Assembly (NCBI RefSeq): GCF_002075285.3
Contig: NZ_CP021983.2
Location: forward strand, 2,250,001-2,282,000
Direction of reading: 5' to 3'
Source of the DNA: Halomicronema hongdechloris C2206
GTDB lineage: Bacteria; Cyanobacteriota; Cyanobacteriia; Phormidesmidales; Phormidesmidaceae
Length of the DNA stretch: 32,000 nucleotides
Made by a program: the position numbers and the translations under genes. Below, in pieces: positions 9,450 to 21,281 of the stretch (positions within the stretch are counted from its first letter, which is position 1; each line of letters starts with the position of its first letter). Under the pieces are notes generated by a model. That model did not search any database. It was not told the origin of the DNA and worked only from the letters and a program-made list of their open reading frames with translations.

Positions 9450-10450
9450 CTAGGGTAATAGAATGGCGATCTCGACTCGGCGGTTGCGCTGTTGGCCCAA
9501 CTCATCTGCCGCTGCCACTAGGGGTTGGCTGTGGCCGTAACCGACGGCCACCCAATGGTAGTCCTGGCCCAGGCGCTCGGTGAAGTAGCTGCGAATGGCC
9601 ATGGCTTGTTGAAAGGTCAGTTGCCGACTTTCCTCAGCGGACAGGGTGTCGTCGGTATGGCTGCCGATCAAGATCGTAGCCCCTTGATAGCGGCTCAAGT
9701 CTGGCAGGATGGTATCGAGCAGGGGGCGGGCATTGGGTTGTAGGGTAGCCTGGTCAATGGCAAAGAGTAGGTCGGCGGGCAGGGTGACTCGGTAGGTAGC
9801 CAAGCGAAACAGGGGGTCCTGCGCTTGGGGAGAAGCGACAGTAGGGGCAGATGTTTCAGAGGTAGGAGTAGGAGCAGCCGTATCTGCTTCGGTGTCAGGG
9901 GGATTCAACTGCTGTTGCAGCGACCGCAGTCGCATCTCCAAGGGAGCCCGGGAAGGGGATTGACCCAATTGCTCTTCCAAGTCGGAGAGCCGATTCTTCA
10001 TGGCATCCAATTCATCCACCAGGGCAGTGAGGTCATCCTCTAGGCTCTGCCGTTGCTGGGGGGTCAGCTCCAGGGCAGCCGGAGGCGTTGCCGTCGGGGT
10101 GGGGACGGTTGTCGGTAAGCCCACTGGCGTATTGGTATTTAGATCCCCTTGCCACCATTGGGGCAACTGCCGCAGCCGCCGTAGAGTGCGATGCCCCTGC
10201 CGTAGGGCGACTTCCTGCAGGGGCGGTTCTGGGGTCCGGGCCGGGTAGATCTGGGCGACCACCAACCCCCCAAGAGCCAGGCGGCACTGATCCCCACCCC
10301 CAATAGCAGTAAGCGGGCAATCAGCACCCAAAGGCCGTAGGCTAGGGCAGTGATGCCAGCCCGCTGCTGAGGCGGAGATACTTGGGCTTGATCGCCAACA
10401 GCATCTGCCGCGGAAGACTCGGGTTGAGTAGGGAAATCAGGCTCAGCCAT
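9450..10450 (-). pseudogene. OmpA/MotB-domain envelope protein with its reading frame interrupted at a C6/G6 run
   Basis: The C-terminal OmpA-like domain (LFAIDQATLQPNARPLL...IGSHTDD...QRNRRVEIAILLP) and a coiled-coil lie in ORF 9450..10331. The N-terminus and its only TM helix (MAEPDFP...GITALAYGLWVLIARLLLLGVGISAAWLLGG) lie in ORF 10139..10471, in another frame. The two frames meet at CCCCCC 10266-10271. Confidence 0.7.
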
Positions 10451-10480
10451 GCCAGATTCGATAGGGTGCACGTTTAGGGG

Positions 10481-11851
10481 TTATTCGCTGGGCCAGCCAT
10501 CCCAGGGACTGACCTGTAATTCGCCATTAGCAGTAAACACCACCCGGAAATCTGCTTGGGGAGTAGAGGAGGTGACGGGATCTGCCGCGTCCTTTAACTC
10601 CGGGAGCGGGGTTTGCACTAAGGCCGCTGCTGCCGCTTGGTCTACGGCTTCGTAGCCGACTAGGGTGCCGTCCTCGCTGAGACGGACTCGATAGGCTAGG
10701 TCCTGGTCTAGATCCCCAGAGTCCCAGCTGGCCTGCATCTGGTCATACAGGTCGCGATTGAGGCGGCGAATGTCTGGGCCGGTGGTGATTGGGGTGGTAA
10801 TGGTGTCTGATAGGACGGCTGGGGTGGTGGCAGCCGTGTCCTCCAGAGGGCTGGCGCTGACGTCGCCGTTGGGTAAGAAGGTGATGCGGAACAGGGCGAC
10901 GGGCTCATCAATGGGCTCGTCACCTTCCACAGGCACATAGGTCAGATCAGGTAAGGGAGTATCGTCGCCTCGATCCACCGCTAGTTGGTTCTCGTATTTG
11001 TAGCCTAGGATATCTCCGGCAGCCGAGACCGAGACACGAAAGATCAGGGCATCCGAGAGATCTTCCGGGGGAGCCCAGGCAGCCGTCAGCTGTTCCACTA
11101 GGGATTCTCTTAGGGTCGCCAGGGTCTCTGGATCGGTGATTGGCTGGCTGGTGGTAAGGGGATCACTATCGCTACTGTCACTAGGGGGATCCCCGTTGCT
11201 GGCCTCCTCATTGGTGCCATCAGGCGTCGCGGTGGGAGAGGTTGCTTCCGTCTGCTCCCTAGAGCGGCTGGGTTCGAACTCGGGGGGGGGCACAAAGAAT
11301 AGAGCGACGGCGGCGGCAGCAAAGGCTGAGGCCCCGATCATGGCTGGAGCCAAGCGCTTTGTCGCCGGTTCCGGCGGTTTTACCCGTCGTCGAGAAATGG
11401 GCTGCAGGTCTAGGCTCAGATCGGGCAGGGTTTGGGTATCGGCCTGTAACTGATCGACCGCTTCCATCAGGTCGAAGAATTGTACCGTCGAGAGCTGAAT
11501 GTCCCGAGGAGGTTTAGCCGTGTCGTCTGTGGCCTCGGGGTCGGGATGCGATCGCACAATCAGATGATGATAAGGTCCCTCTCCCGGCTTCAGCTCCACC
11601 AAGGAAGGCGCCTCACCGGGACGCGGCGGCACCAACACATCACTGAGCATGGTTTGGCCGTAGCGGTTCACCGCCTTCACCAACGCCTCTAAGAACTCCC
11701 GGCCGCCGGTTAACGGTTCTGGCACTCCGGCCAGGTGGCACTCCGCATTGATCACTGCCGACAATAGGGCAGCCTCTCCCCCCTGCTCTAGGCTCAGCCC
11801 TTCTACGATCAAATTACAATTGGGCAAGGTATACCGGCGCTTTAAGGTCAT
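10481..11851 (-). CDS. DUF4335-domain protein (cyanobacterial, unknown function)
   Basis: The N-terminus MTLKRRYTLPNCNLIVEGLS matches the DUF4335 start as I remember it. There is a central TM segment (MIGASAFAAAAVALFFV) and an acidic low-complexity region. Its ATG overlaps the upstream stop (ATGA at 11848-11851). Confidence 0.7.
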   Translation of the reverse strand: MTLKRRYTLPNCNLIVEGLSLEQGGEAALLSAVINAECHLAGVPEPLTGGREFLEALVKAVNRYGQTMLSDVLVPPRPGEAPSLVELKPGEGPYHHLIVRSHPDPEATDDTAKPPRDIQLSTVQFFDLMEAVDQLQADTQTLPDLSLDLQPISRRRVKPPEPATKRLAPAMIGASAFAAAAVALFFVPPPEFEPSRSREQTEATSPTATPDGTNEEASNGDPPSDSSDSDPLTTSQPITDPETLATLRESLVEQLTAAWAPPEDLSDALIFRVSVSAAGDILGYKYENQLAVDRGDDTPLPDLTYVPVEGDEPIDEPVALFRITFLPNGDVSASPLEDTAATTPAVLSDTITTPITTGPDIRRLNRDLYDQMQASWDSGDLDQDLAYRVRLSEDGTLVGYEAVDQAAAAALVQTPLPELKDAADPVTSSTPQADFRVVFTANGELQVSPWDGWPSE

Positions 11852-12456
11852 ACCACCTCCCCATCAAAGAGACTGCTCCAGAGCCGTTGAGTTCCCCGAG
11901 CTCCCGTGCAGAGCAGTAATTTCGCCAGCATAGTCAACGCTAAATCATCCAACTTCGCATCCGTACTGTAGGCTAGCACCCCGGCTCGCCGCGGGTTCAT
12001 GCGCGCCCTAAAATGGGCCCGAAACCGGCTGAGGTAATCGGCCAAGCGAAAATGATGATCCAACGAGAGTTGCTTGTCACTAAGCTGTTGATAGCCCAGC
12101 AAGAGCTGTCGAATCAACACCGTGAGGCGCCGGGCCAGATGCCCGATAATAATCACTAAAGCCTTAGCTTCGGCCAGACTCAGGGGTCGGCGTTGACTAT
12201 ACCGTCGCATCGGATTGGTGCTGCGCAACAACCACAGATGCACCCGCCCCTTAATCAAGCTCTGCAACTCCAATTGCTCCGCCGTCGTCAGCATTGCCCC
12301 AGACCCACCCAGGTCCAGCGCTTCGATGCTCAGCAGCAACAGATCAATCTGCACCCGAGTCCGCCGGGGACAGATGTTATGACCCGGCAACCGTGGATCG
12401 GGAAGAGAATCGATGAGAAATGGTGTTGATTCTGCAGGTGGACTATCGACTTGCAT
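11848..12456 (-). CDS. DUF3038-domain protein (cyanobacterial, unknown function)
   Basis: 202 aa with IDLLLLSIEALDLGGSGAMLTTAEQLELQSLIKGRVHLWLLRSTNPMRR. Recognised from memory as DUF3038, which usually neighbours DUF4335. Confidence 0.6.
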   Translation of the reverse strand: MQVDSPPAESTPFLIDSLPDPRLPGHNICPRRTRVQIDLLLLSIEALDLGGSGAMLTTAEQLELQSLIKGRVHLWLLRSTNPMRRYSQRRPLSLAEAKALVIIIGHLARRLTVLIRQLLLGYQQLSDKQLSLDHHFRLADYLSRFRAHFRARMNPRRAGVLAYSTDAKLDDLALTMLAKLLLCTGARGTQRLWSSLFDGEVV

Positions 12457-12518
12457 ACCCTCGGGAAGTGCTACAGCACATACTATTACGTTTAGAAAAT
12501 CTAGGACCCTCAGGAAAA

Positions 12519-12791
12519 CTACGTTAGCAGAATTCGTCGATTATCCCCGGCATCCGGCAGAAATGGCCAGGAATATCTGGCTAAATGACCGACCCAATAC
12601 CCTTGTTGAATATAGGTGCTGTAGTAGCCAGCCTCCTCTTGGTGAATGGTCACCTGGCTATCGCCCCTGACCTGCCCCGCTGGCTGCACCCGCAGCCGGG
12701 CCACGCCCGAGAGGTCTTCTGTTTCAATGCCATAGCAATATTGGCCAAGATGCCAAGGCTGAGCCAGCATAACCAACGCGGCGATAGACAA
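12519..12791 (-). CDS. Small hypothetical protein, start uncertain
   Basis: 90-aa ORF from a TTG. An ATG at 12841-12843, one nt after the pgm stop, opens a different frame (MSPVLFLLF...). A 1-nt indel in the C/T-rich run 12810-12830 would join that frame to this ORF and give a signal-anchor-like N-terminus. Weak call. Confidence 0.3.
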   Translation of the reverse strand: MSIAALVMLAQPWHLGQYCYGIETEDLSGVARLRVQPAGQVRGDSQVTIHQEEAGYYSTYIQQGYWVGHLARYSWPFLPDAGDNRRILLT

Positions 12792-12844
12792 GAGTGCATA
12801 GACGATAGGCCTCCCGGAAGAGAAGAAAGAGCACAGGAGACATT

Positions 12845-15324
<2,480 letters not shown>

Positions 15325-15340
15325 GGCACAGATTCTCAGC

Positions 15341-15388
15341 GAGGAGATATGTGAGGAGATATGTGAGGAGATATGTGAGGAGATATGT
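15341..15388. repeat. Perfect tandem repeat, GAGGAGATATGT x4
   Basis: Four exact 12-nt units at 15341-15352, 15353-15364, 15365-15376 and 15377-15388. They sit 17-64 nt upstream of the minus-strand start at 15324. Confidence 0.95.
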
Positions 15389-15625
15389 AAGGGGTACCAC
15401 TGAAGCTGAGAGAATGGCAAATTTAGTCTGGGGGAGCCGATACCCGAAAGGTGCGATCGCATCAGCCAGTAATCGCCGCCATTGAGGCATTGCCAGCAGT
15501 TTAACGACTCTAGGAATAGCGTCTATAGCCGATATAGCCTGGACCAAAGTCATCAGAGCCACGGGAAAAGGCCAGAGGTGGGGGGAAGGCTAAACAATTT
15601 GGGACAATGTAAACATTTTCTATCC

Positions 15626-16924
15626 ATGGCTATGGATCAGACAGCCCCGACTGGGAAGCGATGGCTAGCTTGGCTGCCAAAGTTGAAGCGAGAGGTTTGG
15701 ATTTTAGCGGCAGGGCAACTGCTGCTGTTTATCGGCCAGGGGTTCACCCTGGTCTATGCCTCTATCTTTTTCGTCAATGAGCTGGGCTTTTCCCCCACCC
15801 AGGTGGGACTGGCCCTCGGCAGCGGCGGCGTGTCTGGCACCCTGGGACGATTTTGGTCGGGCAATGCCATCGACTCGCCCCGCTTGGGACGACGGGGCAC
15901 GTTGCTGCTGGCGGCGGTGGTGGCGGCCCTCGGCAGCTTCTCGTTAGCCTTCGCCACCACCTTTCCATTACTAGTGGGCGGCAACCTATTACTGGGGTTG
16001 GGCATCAGCTTCTACTGGCCTGCCACCCTGGCGGTGACCACCGACCTGACCCCCCCGGAGCATCGCAAAGAAGCCATGGCCCTGACTCGGCTGGCGGATA
16101 ATCTGGGCTTGGGTCTGGGGGCGTTGCTGGCGGGGCAATATATCGCCCTGGCCGGGGACTACCGACTGCTGTTCATCTGCAAAGGGCTGGCCTATTTACT
16201 CTTTGGGGTGGTGGTGCTGGTGGCGATTGCCGAAACGGTGCAGCCCCAAGCCGAGCGTCGCAATGTGCTACGGAACTGGTGGCAAGCCTTGCAGGATCGT
16301 CGCCTGATCACCTACCTGATGGCCAACCTATTTTTCACCACCTATGCCGCTCAACTGAGTAGTACCTTGCCCCTGTATTTGGCTAACTTCGTCCCCGGCG
16401 GCAATACGGAGACGGGCTTCTCGGAGCAATTGATCAGCTATTTCTTCGTCTGGCATGCCCTGCTGAAAATTCTGCTGCAGCTGCCGATTACCCGGTGGCT
16501 ACGGGATATCCCCCACCCCACATTGCTGCTAGCCGCTTTGGGGCTGTGGAGTGTGAGCTTTTTCTTGATCTGGTTGATCGGCATACTGTCGGTCCACGCC
16601 CTGATGGTGGCGCTGATGGCCTTTACCTGTGTGGCCATGGCTGAAATTCTCTACGCCCCCTCGGCCTCGGCCCTGGTGGGGGACATGGCGCCTGTTGATC
16701 TGAGAGGCATCTATTTTTCCCTGGAGTCGCAGTGTTGGGCCATTGGCTTTCTGGTGGGACCTGCAATGGGGGGCTGGGCGCTGGATCATCCCTCACTGTT
16801 GGGCACGAATGTTTGGTTAGTGTTGGTCTCTAGCGCCGCCATTGCCGGCATGCTTCTGCTACGGCTGCAGGGGCAGTTAGCTGGTCGTGACGTGGAAGAA
16901 CCGGCCGATGTATCGGCTGGATAA
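15626..16924 (+). CDS. MFS transporter
   Basis: About 12 predicted TM segments. Motif GRFWSGNAIDSPRLGRRGT in the loop 2-3 position. I prefer the start at ATG 15626 (MAMDQT...). Confidence 0.85.
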   Translation: MAMDQTAPTGKRWLAWLPKLKREVWILAAGQLLLFIGQGFTLVYASIFFVNELGFSPTQVGLALGSGGVSGTLGRFWSGNAIDSPRLGRRGTLLLAAVVAALGSFSLAFATTFPLLVGGNLLLGLGISFYWPATLAVTTDLTPPEHRKEAMALTRLADNLGLGLGALLAGQYIALAGDYRLLFICKGLAYLLFGVVVLVAIAETVQPQAERRNVLRNWWQALQDRRLITYLMANLFFTTYAAQLSSTLPLYLANFVPGGNTETGFSEQLISYFFVWHALLKILLQLPITRWLRDIPHPTLLLAALGLWSVSFFLIWLIGILSVHALMVALMAFTCVAMAEILYAPSASALVGDMAPVDLRGIYFSLESQCWAIGFLVGPAMGGWALDHPSLLGTNVWLVLVSSAAIAGMLLLRLQGQLAGRDVEEPADVSAG

Positions 16925-16950
16925 CAGTGGTAGAAGGCAGAAAGGCCATC

Positions 16951-17068
16951 GCCCCTTCGCCGATGCGACGCGCTCTAGCGCACTGATCGACATTCCCTCC
17001 CACGGGGTCCGGGGGAAGCGAAATTCCCCCGGGCGAGCTCCCTGACTGGTGAGATTAAGTGCGGTCTT
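16951..17068 (+). repeat. Unclassified hairpin-rich non-coding element, copy A, 5' module
   Basis: Aligns to 25287-25468 (copy B), except for a 56-nt hairpin that only B carries. Contains an 11-bp perfect hairpin at 17007-17034 with loop GCGAAA. Ends in GTGCGGTCTT, as in B. Confidence 0.7.
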
Positions 17069-17769
17069 GTCGTGATCTACCGCCATTAACCAACATCCCT
17101 TAGGGATCGGGGAAATTTCAGAGTAAACCACTACTACAAACGAAGCCGGCAAAGGCCGACTATCCTGATCTTTACAGGCACGGCCTCTAGCCGCCAGCAA
17201 TGAGATTTTTGTCGATCAATCAGGCTAGATTAGAGGGTATTGGCAACAAATTGACCGATAAGAAAGCACCCCAATCTCTAATAAGAAAACCAGGGTGCCT
17301 TCTAGACTTAAAGGAGCAAGAGTACGCTCTGAAGTGGACTATTTGCAGCACTCAGACTAGTCGCTGAGGGACCTCCTCAAAGTGTTGATGTTGTTTGGAG
17401 ATGCTTCAACACCGTCGTTTAGGGCTGTTGCGTCTCTGGGCATCTATCGCATTGCTCCCTTAGAGTTTAGTGGAGGAAATATCAACAACTAAGTAGAGTG
17501 CTGCTGATCTTGACGAGATAGTTTCAGCCGTTGAGTCGATAACGAACCTCCTCTTTAAGGTGGACTGAACTATTCGAATCGAGGGAATATTTATTCACCT
17601 CTTAGTTATTAGGCTACTCCTGTAACCAGGAAATGTCCATGCATGATACTAAAGTTTATCTCTGGGTTAAGCATGGCTCTCAATCCCCTTCTGGCAAGCG
17701 ACTGTCCCTACGATCGGACAGGGCAGGATGCCGATGGTCAGGACCCATCGCTCTGGAAATGGCTCCCTA
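17069..17769 (+). other. About 0.7-kb A/T-richer, stop-saturated insert separating the two modules of copy A
   Basis: Absent from copy B, where GTGCGGTCTT is followed directly by AGAGGAC. Stops occur in all six frames. Contains local hairpins (AGAG-UACG-CUCU at 17319-17330) and a long-range helix (17518-17527 with 17565-17573). Confidence 0.7.
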
Positions 17770-17887
17770 AGAGGACATTTGGAAACTCGGCTGAAAGGCC
17801 TGTAAGGTAGGCATTTTAGAGTGTATGGCCCTGCTGGCCAGAAACCAGTCTGGAGAAAGGTTGCAGGGTACTTTCCAAACATCCTCT
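17770..17887 (+). repeat. Unclassified hairpin-rich non-coding element, copy A, 3' module
   Basis: 118 nt, aligning without gaps to 25469-25586 with 102/118 identical by hand count. Closed by the helix AGAGGACATTTGGAAA...TTTCCAAACATCCTCT. Confidence 0.75.
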
Positions 17888-18048
17888 AACGGTGATGCCC
17901 GACCTGTCGGGGTAGCCTGTGGCTGGCGGCAAAGTTGTTTAAGATCGAGGGGGCCATTTTCTGATGTTGGCTCCGTCGTGCAGTAATCCCTTCTAGGTAG
18001 GTCATTCTGAGAATTCGTCACCTATTTCCCCACCAGTCTCTCAAGTCC

Positions 18049-19471
18049 TTGGCCGCTACCCTCCATCGCCTGCAACAGGCTCCCGTTCTGCATCCCCATT
18101 TCCCCCTGTCCCCCCAGCGCCTGCCGATATTTTATGGCTGGGTGATTTTGGTGGTCACGACTATCGGGATTCTCATGAGCATTCCGGGGCAAACGGCGGG
18201 GGTGAGTGTGTTTACCGATCCGCTGCTGGCGGCAACGGGGCTGTCGCGGCTGTCGCTGAGCAATGCCTATCTGATCGGCACCCTGACCAGTGGCTTTCTG
18301 CTGCCGTTTGGCGGCGTCGTGATCGATCGCTTTGGCGCCCGCTTGGTGGTGATTGCATCGTCTCTGTGGTTAGCGCTGACGCTGGTGTATTTGAGTGTGA
18401 GTGATCGCCTGGCCCAATGGCTCAGCACCCTCTTTGCCCTGGAGTCGTCCCTGCCCATAGCCTTTGGGCTACTGTGTCTGGGTTTCGTGAGCCTGCGGTT
18501 TAGTGGGCAGGGCATGTTGACCCTGGTGAGTCGCACCACCTTGGGCAAGTGGTTTGATCGGCGGCGGGGGATGGCCTCGGGCACCTCTGGGATTTTTGTC
18601 TCCTTTGGGTTTTCGGCGGCGCCGCTGTTGCTCAGCTTCTTCATTGATGGCTTGGGCTGGCGGGGGGCCTGGCTAGCCCTGGCAGCCTTGGTGGGGCTAG
18701 GCATGGGCAGCCTGGGCTGGTTGTGTTATCGGGATAATCCGGAAGAGTGTGGTTTGGTGATGGGATGCCGTGGCTCGCCACCCGATGTCTTGACGCCGTC
18801 AGCTGCTGCTACCCCCGCGAATACCGGTGACACCAAACCGGCTGCCCAGCCAGATCAGCGGTATTTTGGCCCCCCGCGAGACTTTACCCGCAGCGACGCA
18901 TTGAAGACGCTGGCCTTTTGGGCGGTCACCTTCGCCCTGGCGACGCAGGCCCTGACCATCACCGCGCATCACCTTTCACATTGTCGATATTGGCGCCGCC
19001 GCCGGGTTGCCGCAGAAACAAACCGTGGCGCTGTTTTTACCCATCGGCATCATCGCCACAGCCACCGGGTACCTGATTGGGATTTTGTCGGACCGCGCTC
19101 GCCTGAAGCTGCTCTTCATCGGCATGATGATCTTTGAGGCCATCGGCATCGCGAGCATGGCTCACTTGGATATCGAGCCGTTGCGACTGGTGGCCATTGC
19201 GGGGCTGGGGGTGAGTGGCGGCTGCTTTGGTACCCTCTCGACGGTGACCATGCCCCGCTATTTTGGTCGGCAACATCTCGGTGCGATCGCAGGGGTAGAA
19301 ATGATGACCCTGGTAATTGCCAGCGCCATCGGGCCTTCTCTGCTGGCCCTGTTTAATAACTGGTTTGGCAGTTATCAGCTGGGGCTCTATCTCTGTGCGG
19401 GGTTGCCGTTGGCGGTGAATGGGTTGCTGATTCCCTCGGGTAATCCTCAGCGGCAACCTCGGGAATCCTGA
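18049..19471 (+). pseudogene. MFS transporter (oxalate/formate-antiporter-like), frameshifted near 18964-18967
   Basis: ORF 18049..19137 reads as a good MFS sequence up to ...ALATQALTIT and then becomes junk. ORF 19007..19471, whose frame is open from 18956, continues with ITFHIVDIGAAAGLPQKQTVALFLPIG... and six more TM segments. One extra base in ACCGCGCATC explains the break. Confidence 0.75.
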
Positions 19472-19636
19472 GAACTGTTCCATGTGACCTGCAGCATGTC
19501 GTTGCCGCCCCGCTGCAATTTATAATTTATAGGCCATGGGGGGCGCTGCAGCTGATAGCCCTCAGCCGTCAAGGTGGTCCATATCGCATCCAGATGGTGG
19601 GAGGGACGGCTGCCCAGTTCCAATATGACTGCCCAG

Positions 19637-20407
19637 TTACTGGGAGACAACCGGGTTAACTATCGCCTGTTGCGGTTGCTGCACCAGCACCCCCGGTTCG
19701 ATCTGGATGGGTACGATGTCGAGGATATCCACTTGGGCGCAGTATTTCAGGTCGGTGTCGTTGTTGAGTCGCAACAGCCGCTGCCCGTGGTTAGCATAGT
19801 GCATGAGCTCTAAAAGGCGATCTTGCCAATGCAGATAGAGGCTGACGGCGGCAACGGCAGCATCGTTGCCAGCCAGATCCTTGCAGTTAGCTTGGGTGGC
19901 TGCCATCATTCCATGCAGAATTGCCCCGGCACAGACCGTATCCTCTAGAGAGTAGCTGCCTTCCCAGCCAGACCCCACCAGCCAGACGGTATGGGGACGC
20001 TGACGCTCTAGAAAGGTAACCACCGCTTGGCGGGTGGTGAGGGCAGCCGTGATCACCATGGGGGCATGTTGAATCCGCTGCAGGCAACGGGTGCCGTTGG
20101 TGGTGCTCATGAACAGGCGGCGTCCAGCGGAGTGAGCCGGCGAGTGATCGAGGGGGGAGTTGCCCAAATCACAGCCATCGACCCGGGCCCCCCCCCGCTC
20201 GCCGGCCCGCAGCCGTTTATCGGCGGGCCAGTGTTCACTCACATGCATTAACTCATTGATGTCGCTGAAGACCTGAATCGCCTCGGCGCCAGCGTCTAGG
20301 GCCGCCGCCATGGTGGAGGTGGCGCGCAATACGTCGATTGCGATCGCACAGTCCGGCGTGGCATCATCCGGAACTTCCTCAGGGGTATGAAAGACAGATA
20401 GCTTCAC
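19637..20407 (-). CDS. comB: 2-phosphosulfolactate phosphatase family protein
   Basis: Motifs [15 protein letters not shown] and DGCDLGNSP match the ComB family. I prefer the GTG at 20407 ([11 protein letters not shown]) over the track's TTG at 20449; the start remains uncertain. Confidence 0.75.
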   Translation of the reverse strand: MKLSVFHTPEEVPDDATPDCAIAIDVLRATSTMAAALDAGAEAIQVFSDINELMHVSEHWPADKRLRAGERGGARVDGCDLGNSPLDHSPAHSAGRRLFMSTTNGTRCLQRIQHAPMVITAALTTRQAVVTFLERQRPHTVWLVGSGWEGSYSLEDTVCAGAILHGMMAATQANCKDLAGNDAAVAAVSLYLHWQDRLLELMHYANHGQRLLRLNNDTDLKYCAQVDILDIVPIQIEPGVLVQQPQQAIVNPVVSQ

Positions 20408-20667
20408 AGGTGGGAAGATGTATGACTCTAAAGGACAGCGGGTTGCCAAGTTCCCATTCTATAGTGTCGACTAGACCGCATTGGGCATCCGACTTCAATC
20501 AACTTCCCAAATCTAAGACTATCCGGCCTCACCCATGGCAAGAGCACCCCTTAGCCACGATTAGCCTACTGGTTGCACAGAGGTTAAAGGCGGCGCCTAC
20601 CACTGGCGAGAGCAACCATCTCAGGAGTTGAGGGGGCTGTGCGTCCCGATGGAGACAGGTACCCCAT

Positions 20668-21171
20668 TCAACCATTCTCCGAGGCCGGTTGATGCAACAG
20701 AGGCATCAAATACGCGCCTAATCCCAAGCCCGCAATCAGGCCAAACAGAGTCATGGCGCCATGGTGCACCCCCCACCAGTCAAAGCCCTGCATAGCCAGC
20801 TCCAGGGGATAGGCCAGACAGAGAATAAACGTCAGCACGAAACCCAAGAGCCCGTACTGTTCCAACCAGTAGGTCCCTTGGCCCCGGGTGCGATGGTAGA
20901 GCCATCGCATGATGCCTAGCCCCAGCACGGTGCCATAGCACCGCATACAGACTGCCATGATGTGGGGAGCCGCCAGGGGGACGCCGAGTTCCGGCTGGGG
21001 ACAGACATGCTCTCCCATGGTGTAGATAATATTGGCGATGTCAGTCAGCAATGGCCATGCCGATGCCGCTAGAAACGGAGCGGCGATGGGCCCTGATATC
21101 AGGGCGGCCAGCCCAATATCCCCGAGTAGGCTGCGCCAATTCAGCGATGGCCTCGATCTGGTGCCTTGCAT
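20668..21171 (-). CDS. DUF2085-domain membrane protein
   Basis: GEHVCPQ...MAVCMRCYGTVLG motif plus four TM segments. Start is either ATG 21171 (MQGTRS...) or the track start at 21264. Confidence 0.65.
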   Translation of the reverse strand: MQGTRSRPSLNWRSLLGDIGLAALISGPIAAPFLAASAWPLLTDIANIIYTMGEHVCPQPELGVPLAAPHIMAVCMRCYGTVLGLGIMRWLYHRTRGQGTYWLEQYGLLGFVLTFILCLAYPLELAMQGFDWWGVHHGAMTLFGLIAGLGLGAYLMPLLHQPASENG

Positions 21172-21281
21172 GGGTGACGTCTCTCCTGGTCGATGTTCTT
21201 TGCTCCTCACCGATTGTAACGGCTCCCCCGGGCTGCGACTGGTAGAGTAGGGGCGGTACTGCAATTGAGGACGACAGGGCC

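Noticed and set aside
15325-15462. N-terminal extension of ORF 14638..15462 containing HISSHISSHISSHISS.
   Set aside because: The repeat peptide is just the translated 12-mer tandem repeat. A clean ATG at 15324 starts the conserved-looking part.
16925-18048. Riboswitch or leader for the downstream MFS gene (cobalamin, ykkC/guanidine, ydaO, ZTP and TPP were considered by eye).
   Set aside because: None of the diagnostic cores is present (GCCACUG/B12 box, GGUCCGAGAG plus CCCGGGAGA, ACCUGAUCUGG and so on). Copy B of the same element has no downstream gene on its strand. A cis-regulatory role is therefore unsupported, though not excluded for copy A.
19472-19636. Hairpin CGCCCC...GGGGCG with an AATTTATAATTTAT loop between the convergent MFS and comB genes, as a possible bidirectional terminator.
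   Set aside because: The loop is about 28 nt and no U-tract follows on either strand. ORF 19447..19650 there has no coding features.
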